Assembly (NCBI GenBank): GCA_044222185.1
Contig: JBGANV010000004.1
Span: 96,001-160,000, forward strand
Length of the DNA: 64,000 nucleotides
DNA from: Planctomycetota bacterium
Lineage (GTDB): Bacteria > Planctomycetota > GCA-002687715 > CAIWVZ01
Reading direction: 5' to 3'
The notes under the pieces were generated by a model. That model was not told the origin of the DNA. It saw only the letters and a program-made list of their open reading frames with translations, and ran no database searches. Positions 30,683 to 40,605 of the stretch are shown here, piece after piece; position 1 is the first letter of the stretch, and every line of letters starts with the position of its first letter. The position numbers and the translations under genes are program-made.

Positions 30683-31780
30683 GTGGACGACGATCGGAGA
30701 CGTCAGATGCGTACCCTCCTCGGACTCCTCGTGCTCACCCGCGTTGCGGTCGCGACGACGTCTCTGGCGATGGGTCCCTGTTCGTTGCGAGCGGTTGGTC
30801 CACAAGAGTCCCGCGCGACGTCACGTCCAGAGATCGACGAGGCCACGTTGGTGTCGACGACGCACCGTGGACAGCGGCTGCTCGCGGACGACGCAGTTGC
30901 GACCGCGAGGCGACTCGGAGAGATCACCGCAGCCCGGGCTGCGCGACTCCAAACCGCGGTGCAGAAGGCTCACGCTGAGTGGGCGGAGGCGTCGAACAGC
31001 ACGATCCGCAGGGTTGCGACGGTCGTGGCGCAGAGCCCCGCGCCTGACCGGATCCAAGACCCAGCGATCCGAGCGAGGATCGAGCAGATGGGACTGCCAT
31101 GGAGAATCAAGCTGACGCGGTCCATGGTGACGATGGTCCTCATCCCACCAGGGAGTGGATATGTCGGCGCCGGTGGTTGGGAGCGTGACCGACAGGCTGA
31201 TGAAGGGCCGATCCGTCGGATCCGTGTCTCGACGCCCTTCTACATGGCTGAGCAGGAGGTGACGCAGTCAGAGTGGACTCGGATGGGGGGTGTCGTCCCG
31301 CCTGGAAACACGCCCGGTGACGATCTCCCGGTTTGTGATCTGACGTGGGCGGACGCTTCGGCGTGCTGCGAACGAAACGGCGTCCGGCTGCCTTACGAAT
31401 ACGAGTGGGAATACACCTGCCGGAGCGGCGAAAAGGACGGCCAGTACGGTGCGCCGGCGCGGATCGCGCAGTGCATGGCAAACCGCGACGGTCGGAGATA
31501 TCCGTTCCCTGGCGGGCGCCTCCCGTGCAACTCGTTCGGGGTCTTCGATATGCTCGGAAACGTCTCGGAGTGGTGTCGCGACGAGTTCAGCGTGAACTGG
31601 CTCGATGCGATGAAAGACGACGCGGTGGATCCAGCAAATCCGGGCGCGGGTCCCGGCCGGGTGCTCAAGGGCGGGGACTTGTACTCGGGGACGACGATGT
31701 TGGCTGCGTGGAAGCGAACCTGCGGACAGCAGGACGCGCAGCTCATGCTGGCAGGCGTTCGCATCCTGATGCCGCTTTGA
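30683..31780 (+). CDS. Formylglycine-generating enzyme (SUMF1/FGE-sulfatase) domain protein
   Basis: EVTQSEW, RLPYEYEWEYTCR, NSFGVFDMLGNVSEWC, RVLKGG. Confidence 0.85.
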   Translation: MDDDRRRQMRTLLGLLVLTRVAVATTSLAMGPCSLRAVGPQESRATSRPEIDEATLVSTTHRGQRLLADDAVATARRLGEITAARAARLQTAVQKAHAEWAEASNSTIRRVATVVAQSPAPDRIQDPAIRARIEQMGLPWRIKLTRSMVTMVLIPPGSGYVGAGGWERDRQADEGPIRRIRVSTPFYMAEQEVTQSEWTRMGGVVPPGNTPGDDLPVCDLTWADASACCERNGVRLPYEYEWEYTCRSGEKDGQYGAPARIAQCMANRDGRRYPFPGGRLPCNSFGVFDMLGNVSEWCRDEFSVNWLDAMKDDAVDPANPGAGPGRVLKGGDLYSGTTMLAAWKRTCGQQDAQLMLAGVRILMPL

Positions 31781-32403
31781 CGGTCGGGCGTACGCGAGGT
31801 CGTTTGCGGTCCGAATCGACCGGCCGAGCGTCCATCGGGTCAGTGGGGGACATGCCTTTGCGTTGCGGCGCACACGGTGCAGTCGGCGCGGGACGTCGTG
31901 ACCGAGAAGCAGGCGAGCGGCTTCGATGCGAACGTAGCCGTCATTCGCGCCTCGCGCGCCAGCCCCGTACGACGACGCGATGATGAGTTCCGCACGAGGC
32001 CCACAGCCCGCTCACTGGACGAACATCAGCCGCCCATCCGATCCCGCAGAGGCTATCGGCGACGCCGATTGCGGCCGATAACGCGAATGCGACGCCGGAC
32101 GGTGCGGTCCTACTGATGGGCGCCAAGATCGGGTTACCTCCCCGGCCCGCGCGCCGCCTCCCCAGCTGGATTCGACTTGGTCTTCAGCAGCGTCGGTTGT
32201 CGCCGTCGTGGTTACGCCACAATGGCTCGTCGTTCAGAACAGCTCGAGGGCGACGAGGAGCGACGCGGTTTCCCCGCTCTTCGGTCCGCTGATCGCCGCG
32301 GTGAACCGCATGAAGCCGGAGCCAAGGACTCGGCCGCGGAACCCGGCGCCGATCGGGCGAAAGTAGTGCCCGTTCCCCTTCGGCAGTAGCGGCATCGCCG
32401 ACC

Positions 32404-32982
32404 TCAGTTCCCGGCTTCGCCAGGAAGCAGCCACCAGCCGGCGACCGTGAATTCGCCGTTTGGGGACGCTGGAGGTGCCAGCTGCCCCCAACCCGTGTTT
32501 CCGCTGCCCTCGATGCGGCCAGGAAGGATGTCGATTGTGAGTGCCTGACCGGGCTTGACGATCACCGGTGGGTTGAACTCATACCGGTCCGAACCGACGG
32601 AATTCAGATTCGGGATGCTGAATATCCGCCTCCTCACGCCGTCGACAAGTACGATCACGCGCACCGCGAGAGTCGTGCCACCTATTTGTTGATTGGGGAT
32701 CCCGGAGATCTCCGTAATCGCAGCGCCTGTGTCCGTCGGAAACTGTGTCGTGCATGAACACTCATTTCCGAAGAACTGCGTCGTAGACGAAGACCATGGG
32801 ATGGGCGCTGGCAGCGGAACGGCGTAGTTGAAGGCGCGGTCCAACGTGAGGTCCGACAGACGGACTGGGAGCGTACGCACCGAATTGGCGACGCTGCCGA
32901 GGGTTCGGCGGGGCGCCCCAGGCGAGTCGATCCAAGAGAGCGACACGAGCGTGAGCAGGGCGCCGACCGTAATCTTCATCAT
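32404..32982 (-). CDS. Hypothetical exported protein
   Basis: Signal-like MMKITVGALLTLVSLS; beta-rich body; locally lower GC. Confidence 0.65.
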   Translation of the reverse strand: MMKITVGALLTLVSLSWIDSPGAPRRTLGSVANSVRTLPVRLSDLTLDRAFNYAVPLPAPIPWSSSTTQFFGNECSCTTQFPTDTGAAITEISGIPNQQIGGTTLAVRVIVLVDGVRRRIFSIPNLNSVGSDRYEFNPPVIVKPGQALTIDILPGRIEGSGNTGWGQLAPPASPNGEFTVAGWWLLPGEAGN

Positions 32983-33009
32983 CTTGCTATCTCTTGACCG
33001 TACAATTAT

Positions 33010-33511
33010 TCACGAATTGAGTGTGTTGGCTGTGACCGCGATTGTGGCGGAGGAGCCCGCAGTGGCCTCCACTCGAACTCGCACGAACGCTGCGCCTTTG
33101 CGCTCGGGGTCGATCAGGTTGCTCTTGATGACACTCGGAGTCGATGTTGCGACGTCGATGGCCATCAACCCGCAGCGCCAGCCGAAGCCACCGACCACCG
33201 GCGGCAACGTTGAACGGCGAGGGACTGCTGGGCGAAATGGAACCCTGTTTCGACTCGACACCGGTGAAATCGAGCAGGCGCGTCATCGGCGAAGGGGCGC
33301 CCGCCAGCCAGTTCCAGGCATCGAGCGTCGAGCTCCATTGGACGTACAGCCCAACGGACGGCGAGCCACTTGTCACGGACATCGCCAGCACCGTCGCGCT
33401 CACGTGGACGCCTGAGAGCCCACCCGCTGGGAAGCCCTGCGTGTAGAAGAACTCCGGCGTTGCCGCGCTGCCCGCGACGATGAACTCACGTGCGACCTGG
33501 ATGGTCGGCAT
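33010..33511 (-). pseudogene. Small beta-sandwich-like protein gene with apparent frame disruption
   Basis: MPTIQVAREF...GRWLRLALRVD reads as protein, then degenerates; a second frame continues MAIDVATSTPSVIKSNLIDPERKGAAFVRVRVEATAGSSATIAVTANTLNS to TGA at 33010. Confidence 0.45.
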
Positions 33512-33808
33512 GGCCTGTTCACGCCCGTTGCGTGCCCGATTGCCTGTGTCGGCCGCGACGCCACGCACGCGCGTGAACTCCATCGCGGAGGCGGCAGTCT
33601 AGTCCCGCCGCCTAGTTTGGTGCAAGAGCGCACCGACTTCTCTTCGCCGGATGCAGGCGGTCTGATTCGAAACCGCGAAAGCCTCCGGCGCCACCGAGTT
33701 TGGCGTTTCGCGGCGGGGCACGATCGACGCCAACGCCTTCGCCGCGGGCAAGTGACGGCGATCGGGAGGTTTCGGCGCACCGCGCGCGCCGATCGCCGCG
33801 CGACATCG

Positions 33809-36391
33809 CTACTGCACGAACATCAGCAGGCCGTTCGAGCCGGCGAATGCGATCGGCGATGCCGAGTCGGCGACGGCGATCTGCATAGCGAACACGAGAC
33901 CCGGCGGCGTGGCGGCGCCGAGGGGAATCGAGAGCGTGTGATGGCCCTGGCCTGCAACCGGAAGCCCAAAGGTCGTGATGGGGAAGAGCGCGAGGCCGTT
34001 CGGGTCGACGTAGAGGCGGCAGCCGGAACCGAGCGAGATCGAGGTCGATCCCGTCCCTGCGACGAGCCAGGCGGGTGCGCCGCCGAGGACGCCCTCGACG
34101 TGGAGGACCATCGTCCCTCCTGGGGTCGCGCAGCCGTCGGCCCACAGCGTGGGAACGAATCCACCGCTCCCCGGACAGCCGACACCGTAGGGGACGGCGT
34201 GGCCTGAGCAGCCCGTTCGATTGCGGTAGATGACGACGGCATCCGACGCACCATCGAGCGTCACCGCATCGAGCTGCATGTCGCGATCGGCATCCACGAG
34301 CCGGATGCGCAATCCATTGGCACTGACGAACGGGCCGTCGAACGTGAACGTGCCGGCGCCGTCGTTGAGGATCACCGCGCCCGTCGCGACGACCACGTCG
34401 ACGTCGCCATCACCGTCGATGTCCCCTACGCTAGCGACCCCACCGAGCCCGGTGACGAGGTTCGAGGGCGCGAACTGCGCCGCCGGGCCGAACGTGCCGT
34501 CGCCATTTCCGTGGCGGACCCACAGCCCCAAGAGGCACTCGATCACGTCGAGGCTGCCGTCACCGTCCACGTCGGCGAGATGCGGCTGCGAGACGGCCGA
34601 ATCGGGAACGGACGGCATCACGGTGAACGTTCCATTGCCGTTGCCGCGGGCGAAGGTGATGGAACCCGCCCCATAGGCCGGCGGCGTCGTGAAGACGAGA
34701 TCGAGGATCCCGTCACGATCCACGTCGGCCACGGCCGGCACCGACGGCGGCGCGATCGGCGGGCAGTTCCCCGTGCAGATCGGCGCGACGATCGGCGCAC
34801 CGAAGCCGGCGATACCGTTCCCGAGCAGCACCGAGACGGCGGCGTCGCGAACCACGAGATCAAGATTGCCATCGCCGTTGACGTCGGCGACGGTCAACGC
34901 CGAAGGCGCGCCATTCGTGGGCACGAAGCTCGGCGCCAGGAACCCGCCCTGGCCGTCACCCGCGCGAACCGAGATGCCGTTGAACGTCCCGACGGCCGCG
35001 AGCAGGTCGAGCGCGCCATCGTGATTCACGTCGGCGAGCTTCACGTCGAAGATGGGAACGGGCGCTTGGATCACGGTCGTGATCGGAGCATCGCGCAGCG
35101 ACCGCACGATCGTGTACGTCCCCGCGGTGCCGGAACGCGTGGAGATCACTGCGTCGAGTCGCCCGTCGCCGTCGAGGTCGCCGAGGTCGAATGCCGACGT
35201 CGGGTCGATCGTGCCTACGGGGATGACCTCCGGCGCAACCAATCCCGCGGCGCCGCGGCTCGGATAGAGCCTGGCCTCGGTGGCGCTGAACCAGACGACG
35301 TCGCGGAGCCCATCGCCCGTGAAGTCGCAGGTCCCAACCCCCCAGAACGTGGAGCTCTCGCGTTGATCGATCAGTTGCGGGGCATTGAATGTGCCCGAGC
35401 CGTCGTTCACGCAGCACACGAGGACGGCGCCGGGCGCGCCACTGCCGTCGGGGTCGAACAGGAGGACGTCTGGTCTCCCATCGCCACTGACGTCGGCGAG
35501 GATCGGCCCGCTCGAACATGCGCGGGGAACGAGGAGCACGGACCCGACGGGAACGAATCCGCCTGCTGGCTGACGCGTGAGCGTTTGCACGCCCGTCATG
35601 GCGGAGTTCGCCACCGTGCCGGAGAGCACGTAGTCGTCGAGCCCGTCGCCGTTCATGTCGCTCACGGCCAGGGCATAGGCATTGGACCATCCGGTGGCGA
35701 CGACGAGCGGCGCGCCGAACGTGCCGTCGCCAGCATTGCGCCGCACGGTGACGATCCCGTTGGAGACTTCGTGGAGATCGTCATCGCCGTCGTGGTCGTC
35801 GTCGGAGAGGACGGCATAGCTCGAGGTGACGGGCCACTCGATTGGGGCCGAGAACGAGCCGGTGCCCGTTCCGAACACGATGGACGAGCTGAGGCCGTCA
35901 CCGAGGACGAGGTCGCCAATGCCGTCGCCGTTCAAGTGCCCGAGCGACGCGCGGGTGTAATTCGCCGGAACCGGGATGACGATCGACGCCGTGAAATCGA
36001 GTGCGCCATCGTTGAAGTGGATGCGGATGTGCGGACCGAGGGCGCCGTCGCCGTGGCAGACGAGGACGACGTCTTCGTCGCCGTCACCGTCGACGTCGTC
36101 GAGGAACGCGTGCGTCGGATACTGGGACGAGGGGAACGCGACCCCGGGGCTTTGGAACGACCCGCCCGTGGCACGGCAGAGGATGAGGGCGCTGCCGCCC
36201 CAACTCGGGCCGATGCAATCCGCCGCGCCGTCATGGTCGAGGTCGACCAGAAGGCCGCGGCTCATGCTCACGACGGATCCGCCGGGCAAGACCCCGCGGA
36301 GGGGAACGGTGGAACCGGGAAACACCGACGCCTGGGCACTCAGCACGCCACTGAGCGCAAACACTGCCAGAAGGGAGCGACGTGTCGTCAT
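33809..36391 (-). CDS. Exported FG-GAP/VCBS repeat protein with the recurring C-terminal domain
   Basis: Many DxDGDGxxD repeats with GxGxF; GGAGG RBS before MTTRRSLL; tail YGVGCPGSGG...FAMQIAVAD...GSNGLLMFVQ. Confidence 0.9.
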   Translation of the reverse strand: MTTRRSLLAVFALSGVLSAQASVFPGSTVPLRGVLPGGSVVSMSRGLLVDLDHDGAADCIGPSWGGSALILCRATGGSFQSPGVAFPSSQYPTHAFLDDVDGDGDEDVVLVCHGDGALGPHIRIHFNDGALDFTASIVIPVPANYTRASLGHLNGDGIGDLVLGDGLSSSIVFGTGTGSFSAPIEWPVTSSYAVLSDDDHDGDDDLHEVSNGIVTVRRNAGDGTFGAPLVVATGWSNAYALAVSDMNGDGLDDYVLSGTVANSAMTGVQTLTRQPAGGFVPVGSVLLVPRACSSGPILADVSGDGRPDVLLFDPDGSGAPGAVLVCCVNDGSGTFNAPQLIDQRESSTFWGVGTCDFTGDGLRDVVWFSATEARLYPSRGAAGLVAPEVIPVGTIDPTSAFDLGDLDGDGRLDAVISTRSGTAGTYTIVRSLRDAPITTVIQAPVPIFDVKLADVNHDGALDLLAAVGTFNGISVRAGDGQGGFLAPSFVPTNGAPSALTVADVNGDGNLDLVVRDAAVSVLLGNGIAGFGAPIVAPICTGNCPPIAPPSVPAVADVDRDGILDLVFTTPPAYGAGSITFARGNGNGTFTVMPSVPDSAVSQPHLADVDGDGSLDVIECLLGLWVRHGNGDGTFGPAAQFAPSNLVTGLGGVASVGDIDGDGDVDVVVATGAVILNDGAGTFTFDGPFVSANGLRIRLVDADRDMQLDAVTLDGASDAVVIYRNRTGCSGHAVPYGVGCPGSGGFVPTLWADGCATPGGTMVLHVEGVLGGAPAWLVAGTGSTSISLGSGCRLYVDPNGLALFPITTFGLPVAGQGHHTLSIPLGAATPPGLVFAMQIAVADSASPIAFAGSNGLLMFVQ

Positions 36392-36528
36392 GACGGAATC
36401 CTCCAACGAGTGCACGGGATCGTCCGGGCACCGGCGCATGATTGCCGCAGGATACCGCCGCGTTGCGGATTCGGGGGAACTGGCCGGGGATCGTGTCGCC
36501 ATCGGCGTCCGAACCCCGGCCGCGCCCT

Positions 36529-37155
36529 TCAGTTCAACAGTTCGTCATGCATGGACGAAACCAGGAACAGCACGCAGCCGGTGTCCGTCGACTGAACCAC
36601 GTGCTCGGAGCGGTGTTCCGCCCGCTGGTAGTCGCCGGCGCGCATGAGCAGGCTGCCCACGCGGAGCTGGCCGGAGATCACGTAGCACTCCTCCACACCC
36701 CCGTGACGGTGGCTCGGGTAGGCCGTTCCGGGCGCCATGCGGACGAGCATCGTCACGCGCTCGGCGACGGGGTCCACGAACAGGCGGCGGGCTTCGATGC
36801 CCTCGATCGCCGTGCGCTCCCACCCCGTCTCGTCGGAGGCGACGAACGTCATGTCCATGGGCGTGCCCGTGTCCTTCCAACCCTTCCAGGGCTGGATCGA
36901 CTTGGGCTCGGCGTCCGCGTCGCCGCGGATGCGATCGAAGATCCGCCGCTCGAGCTCCGCCGGCGGCTCGGCCTCCGGCGCGAGGAACGCGAGTTGGGCT
37001 GCGGCCGCGAGCTGGGCGTCCGCCTCGGCGCGGCAGGCATCGCAGCGATCGAGGTGCCCCTCGTATGCCGACGCTTCCGCCTGACCCATGCCTCCGAGCG
37101 CGTAGAGCACGGCCTGGTCACGGAGCGCGTCGTCGATCTTCACATGCGGGGTCAT
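36529..37155 (-). CDS. ChrR-like anti-sigma factor (zinc-binding ASD + cupin)
   Basis: HLDRCDAC (HxxxCxxC), YPSHRHGGVEECYVISG cupin; ATG overlaps the sigma stop (ATGA). Confidence 0.88.
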   Translation of the reverse strand: MTPHVKIDDALRDQAVLYALGGMGQAEASAYEGHLDRCDACRAEADAQLAAAAQLAFLAPEAEPPAELERRIFDRIRGDADAEPKSIQPWKGWKDTGTPMDMTFVASDETGWERTAIEGIEARRLFVDPVAERVTMLVRMAPGTAYPSHRHGGVEECYVISGQLRVGSLLMRAGDYQRAEHRSEHVVQSTDTGCVLFLVSSMHDELLN

Positions 37156-37769
37156 TGCGGCCCCTCCTCTTCCTCGGTGCCAAGCGCTCGGCGAAGTTCG
37201 CAGAGCGCCGCTCGGATACGCGTCTTGACGGTTCCCACGGGCACGCCGAGAGCGGCGGCCGTTTCCGAATAGCTGAGTCCGCCGAAATAGGCGGTCTGGA
37301 TCGCTTCGCGTTGGACGCTCGGGAGTCGGCCCACGGCTTCCCGGACCTGGCGCGCGGACTCGGCGCCGAGGCACGTGGATTCTGGGGTGGTCGACCCGCA
37401 GGCCTTGTCGGCGCAGGTGTCGAGCGATTGGCGCCGCGCGGCGTGGCGCGCCCGCGATCGCAAGAGATCCAGGCACCGCGAGCGCGCGATCGAGAGGATC
37501 CAGGTCCAAGCGTCGCCGCGCGCGGGGTCGAAGGTCTCGGCCGTGCGCCAGATCTGCGTGAAGGTTTCGAGCGTGGCGTCATCCGCCGAATTGGCGTCGC
37601 GGCAGATGGCGAGGGCCAATCCGTAGACGCGGCGCTTCGTCAAGTCATAGAGCCGGGAGAACGCCGACTCATCCCGCCCGGCGGCTGACGCGAGGAGCCG
37701 TGCGAGGAGCTTTTGCTCGTCGACGGGTCGCGGGGATTCGTCGGGTGATGGTCGCGCGGTTCGGGTCAT
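37152..37769 (-). CDS. ECF sigma factor (SigK/RpoE-like)
   Basis: AFSRLYD, IWRTAETFDPARG, IARSRCLDLLR, YFGGLSYSETAAALGVPVGTVKTRIR. Confidence 0.92.
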   Translation of the reverse strand: MTRTARPSPDESPRPVDEQKLLARLLASAAGRDESAFSRLYDLTKRRVYGLALAICRDANSADDATLETFTQIWRTAETFDPARGDAWTWILSIARSRCLDLLRSRARHAARRQSLDTCADKACGSTTPESTCLGAESARQVREAVGRLPSVQREAIQTAYFGGLSYSETAAALGVPVGTVKTRIRAALCELRRALGTEEEEGPQ

Positions 37770-37851
37770 TCGGTCGGGTGTACGTCGCGGGTTGCGGATC
37801 GGATTTCCGGGCGGCGCAAATCCTAACGGCGGGCGGTTCGAGGCGAGGATC

Positions 37852-37877
37852 CAATCCGCGGACCCGCGTCGCGCGTA
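37852..37877 (+). promoter_or_regulatory. Putative ECF-dependent promoter for the DUF4331 operon
   Basis: CAATCC-N16-CGTA about 50 nt upstream of the start codon; resembles ATCC/CGTA promoters of RpoE-ChrR and SigK-type ECFs. Confidence 0.55.
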
Positions 37878-37929
37878 ATGGCCCCGGCCGGATCGCCTTT
37901 CCCCGGCGACCGCCAGGAAAACCACCCTC

Positions 37930-39426
37930 ATGAAGATGAAGATTCCCTCCACGCGCATCCTTCCGCTGCTTGGGGTTGCGTCAGTCGTCGCGTTGCTGAT
38001 CGCCGCCGGAATGGCGCCTTCCAGCCACCGCGAAGCCCCGTTCGTGACCCTCCATCCCAAGATCGACGGCACGGACTTCTACATGTTCCGCAGCTACGAG
38101 CCGGGCCGGTCGGACTTCGTCACGATCGTGGCGAACTACCAGCCGCTCCAGGCTCCTTACGGCGGGCCCAACTACTTCTCGTTGGACCCGAACGCCCTGT
38201 ACGAGATCCACATCGACAACACGGGGGACTGCAAGGAGGACCTCACCTTCCAGTTCAAGTTCCAGAACAACGTCCAGGACCTGGCGCTGCAGATCGGTCC
38301 GCCCGGCCAGGAGAAGACGGTGTCCGTGCCGCTCATCAACACGGGTCCGATCGCGGCGGGGAGCACGAGCTCGCTCAACGTCATCGAGACGTACGAGGTG
38401 ACGCTCGTGCGCGGCGACCGCCGCACGGGCCAGCGGTTCCCGATCACGAACGCGTCGACCGCCGCCACGACGTTCACCAAACCCGTCGACAACATCGGGA
38501 ACAAGTCGATCCCCAATTACGACGCCTACGCGGCGACGCACGTCTACGACATCAGCATCCCCGGATCGCCCGTGCCGGGCCGCATGTTCGTGGGCCAGCG
38601 CAAGGATCCGTTCGTCGTGAATCTGGGCGAGGTGTTCGACCTGGTGAACCTGGATCCCGTCGGCGCGCCCAACGCGAAGCCTGATCTCCTCGCCGACGCC
38701 AACGTCACGTCGCTCATCCTCGAGCTTCCCATTTCGTTCCTCGCGTCGGGAACGAGCGGGAGCGTGATCGGCGGCTGGACGACGGCGAGCATGCGGCAGG
38801 CGCGGGTCTTGAACCCCGCACCGAACACCGCGCGCGGTCCGTCGCTCGAGGGCGGGGCCTTCGTCCAGCAATCGCGGCTCGCGAACCCGTTGTTCAACGA
38901 GGTCATCGTTGGACTGAAGGACAAGGACAAGTTCAACGCCAGCGAACCGAAGGACGACGCGCAGTTCATCGACTACGTCACGCATCCGACCGTGCCGGCG
39001 ATCCTCCAGGCGTTGTTCGGCGTGACGGCGCCGACGCTCTTCCCGCGGGCCGACCTCATTCAGGTGTTCTACACGGGCGTGCCCGGCCTGAACGCGACGA
39101 CGGGATGCCAGGGCGAGATGATGCGCCTCAACACGGCGACGTTGCCGACGCCGGCGGGATCGCAGAATCGCCTCGGTGTGATCGGCGGTGACATGGCGGG
39201 CTATCCCAATGGTCGTCGCCCGGGCGACGACGTGGTGGACATCTCCCTCCGCGCCGTGATGGGCGTGCTGCTTCCGCTGGCCGACGCGCCGTCGGGTCAG
39301 CTGCCGTACACGGACGGAGCGTTCGTGGACGACACGGCGTTCGATTCCGTGTTCCCGTACTTGAAGACGCCGCTGCGCGGTTCGCCGAACCCCGTGGGAC
39401 CGGGCAACACCCTGCAGGGAAAGTGA
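37930..39426 (+). CDS. DUF4331 domain exported protein
   Basis: SSHREAP, DGTDFYMFRSYE, GQRKDPF, RLANPLFNE, GYPNGRRPGDDVVD, FPYL. Confidence 0.92.
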   Translation: MKMKIPSTRILPLLGVASVVALLIAAGMAPSSHREAPFVTLHPKIDGTDFYMFRSYEPGRSDFVTIVANYQPLQAPYGGPNYFSLDPNALYEIHIDNTGDCKEDLTFQFKFQNNVQDLALQIGPPGQEKTVSVPLINTGPIAAGSTSSLNVIETYEVTLVRGDRRTGQRFPITNASTAATTFTKPVDNIGNKSIPNYDAYAATHVYDISIPGSPVPGRMFVGQRKDPFVVNLGEVFDLVNLDPVGAPNAKPDLLADANVTSLILELPISFLASGTSGSVIGGWTTASMRQARVLNPAPNTARGPSLEGGAFVQQSRLANPLFNEVIVGLKDKDKFNASEPKDDAQFIDYVTHPTVPAILQALFGVTAPTLFPRADLIQVFYTGVPGLNATTGCQGEMMRLNTATLPTPAGSQNRLGVIGGDMAGYPNGRRPGDDVVDISLRAVMGVLLPLADAPSGQLPYTDGAFVDDTAFDSVFPYLKTPLRGSPNPVGPGNTLQGK

Positions 39427-39433
39427 GGCGCAG

Positions 39434-39688
39434 ATGAAGATTCCACGCCGTACTACCGAGCGCTGGGCCTTCGGACTCGCGTTGTCGTCGCTGCTCGCTC
39501 TCTCGAGCTGCGGCGGCGGCGGACGTGACGAAGTGACCAACGCGGTGGACTACGCCTCGTTCGTACGCAACCAGGTGACGCAGCCCTCCGACACGGCGCC
39601 ACCGGTGGACGTGAACGAGATCGTCTTCCTGAACCAGGACAGCGAAGACCCGCACCTGTTCGACTCGCTGTTCGATGCGGGCAACTGA
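39434..39688 (+). CDS. Small acidic lipoprotein
   Basis: Lipobox LSSC then GGGG; D/E-rich tail; 7 nt after the DUF4331 stop. Confidence 0.75.
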   Translation: MKIPRRTTERWAFGLALSSLLALSSCGGGGRDEVTNAVDYASFVRNQVTQPSDTAPPVDVNEIVFLNQDSEDPHLFDSLFDAGN

Positions 39689-39716
39689 CGACGGAACGGA
39701 TTCCTTGGAGACTTGC

Positions 39717-40565
39717 ATGAAGATTCCGGGCAGGGGCGCAGCGTCGCTGATCGTGCTTGCAGTGGGCACGGCCGCGTTCGCGCACGACTTCTGGATCGAG
39801 CCTCTGGACTTCCGTCCCGCGGCGAACGCGATCGTGAAACTCCGGCTCCTCGTCGGCGACTTTTTCATCGGGGAGGGCGTCGCTCGCGACGCGAAGCGGA
39901 TCCGCGAGTTCGTGCTGATCGATCCTGCGGGAAAGAAGAAAGAGATCGTGGGCGTCGAGGGGGCGGACCCCGCTGGCATGGTCCGGCTGGGCGACGCCGG
40001 GCTCTACATCGCGAGCTACCGCAGTCAGAATGCGCGCGTCGAACTTTCCGGACCCAAGTTCGAGTCGTACTTGCGCGAGGAGGGGCTCGAGTTCGTCTCC
40101 GAACTCCGCAAGTCCCAAGGCAAGTCTGATGCCGGCGCGAAGGAGACGTACTCGCGCTGCGCGAAGACGCTTCTTCGCGTGGGATCGGGCGGGGGCGGCG
40201 ATCCGGCGCGGCGGCTGGGCCTGCCGCTCGAGATCGTCGCCGAGGCGGATCCGTACGCTCGCACCGCCGGCGACGCGCTGGCGTTCCGCGTGTTCTTCCA
40301 GGACGCCCCGCTGAAGAACGTGAAGGTCACGGCGCTCAACCGGACTGCGCCGGATCATTCGCTGTCGACGACCGAGGCGCGGACGGACGCCGAGGGGCGT
40401 GCGTCGCTGGTGCTGTCGCGACCGGGGACCTGGCTCGTGACGGCCGTCCACATGATCGAGGCCGCCCCGGAGAAGGACGCCGACTGGGAGAGCTTCTGGG
40501 CGTCGCTCACGTTCGACCTCGCGCCGGCCGTCGAGTCACGCCCCGCTTCGCGGCCCGCGCGCTGA
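39717..40565 (+). CDS. DUF4198 domain exported protein
   Basis: AHDFWIEP, YSRCAKTLL, LGLPLEIV, WESFWASLTF. Confidence 0.88.
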   Translation: MKIPGRGAASLIVLAVGTAAFAHDFWIEPLDFRPAANAIVKLRLLVGDFFIGEGVARDAKRIREFVLIDPAGKKKEIVGVEGADPAGMVRLGDAGLYIASYRSQNARVELSGPKFESYLREEGLEFVSELRKSQGKSDAGAKETYSRCAKTLLRVGSGGGGDPARRLGLPLEIVAEADPYARTAGDALAFRVFFQDAPLKNVKVTALNRTAPDHSLSTTEARTDAEGRASLVLSRPGTWLVTAVHMIEAAPEKDADWESFWASLTFDLAPAVESRPASRPAR

Positions 40566-40605
40566 GCGAGCGCGCGAGCCGCATTCGTCTCGAGCGCGGC
40601 GCGTC

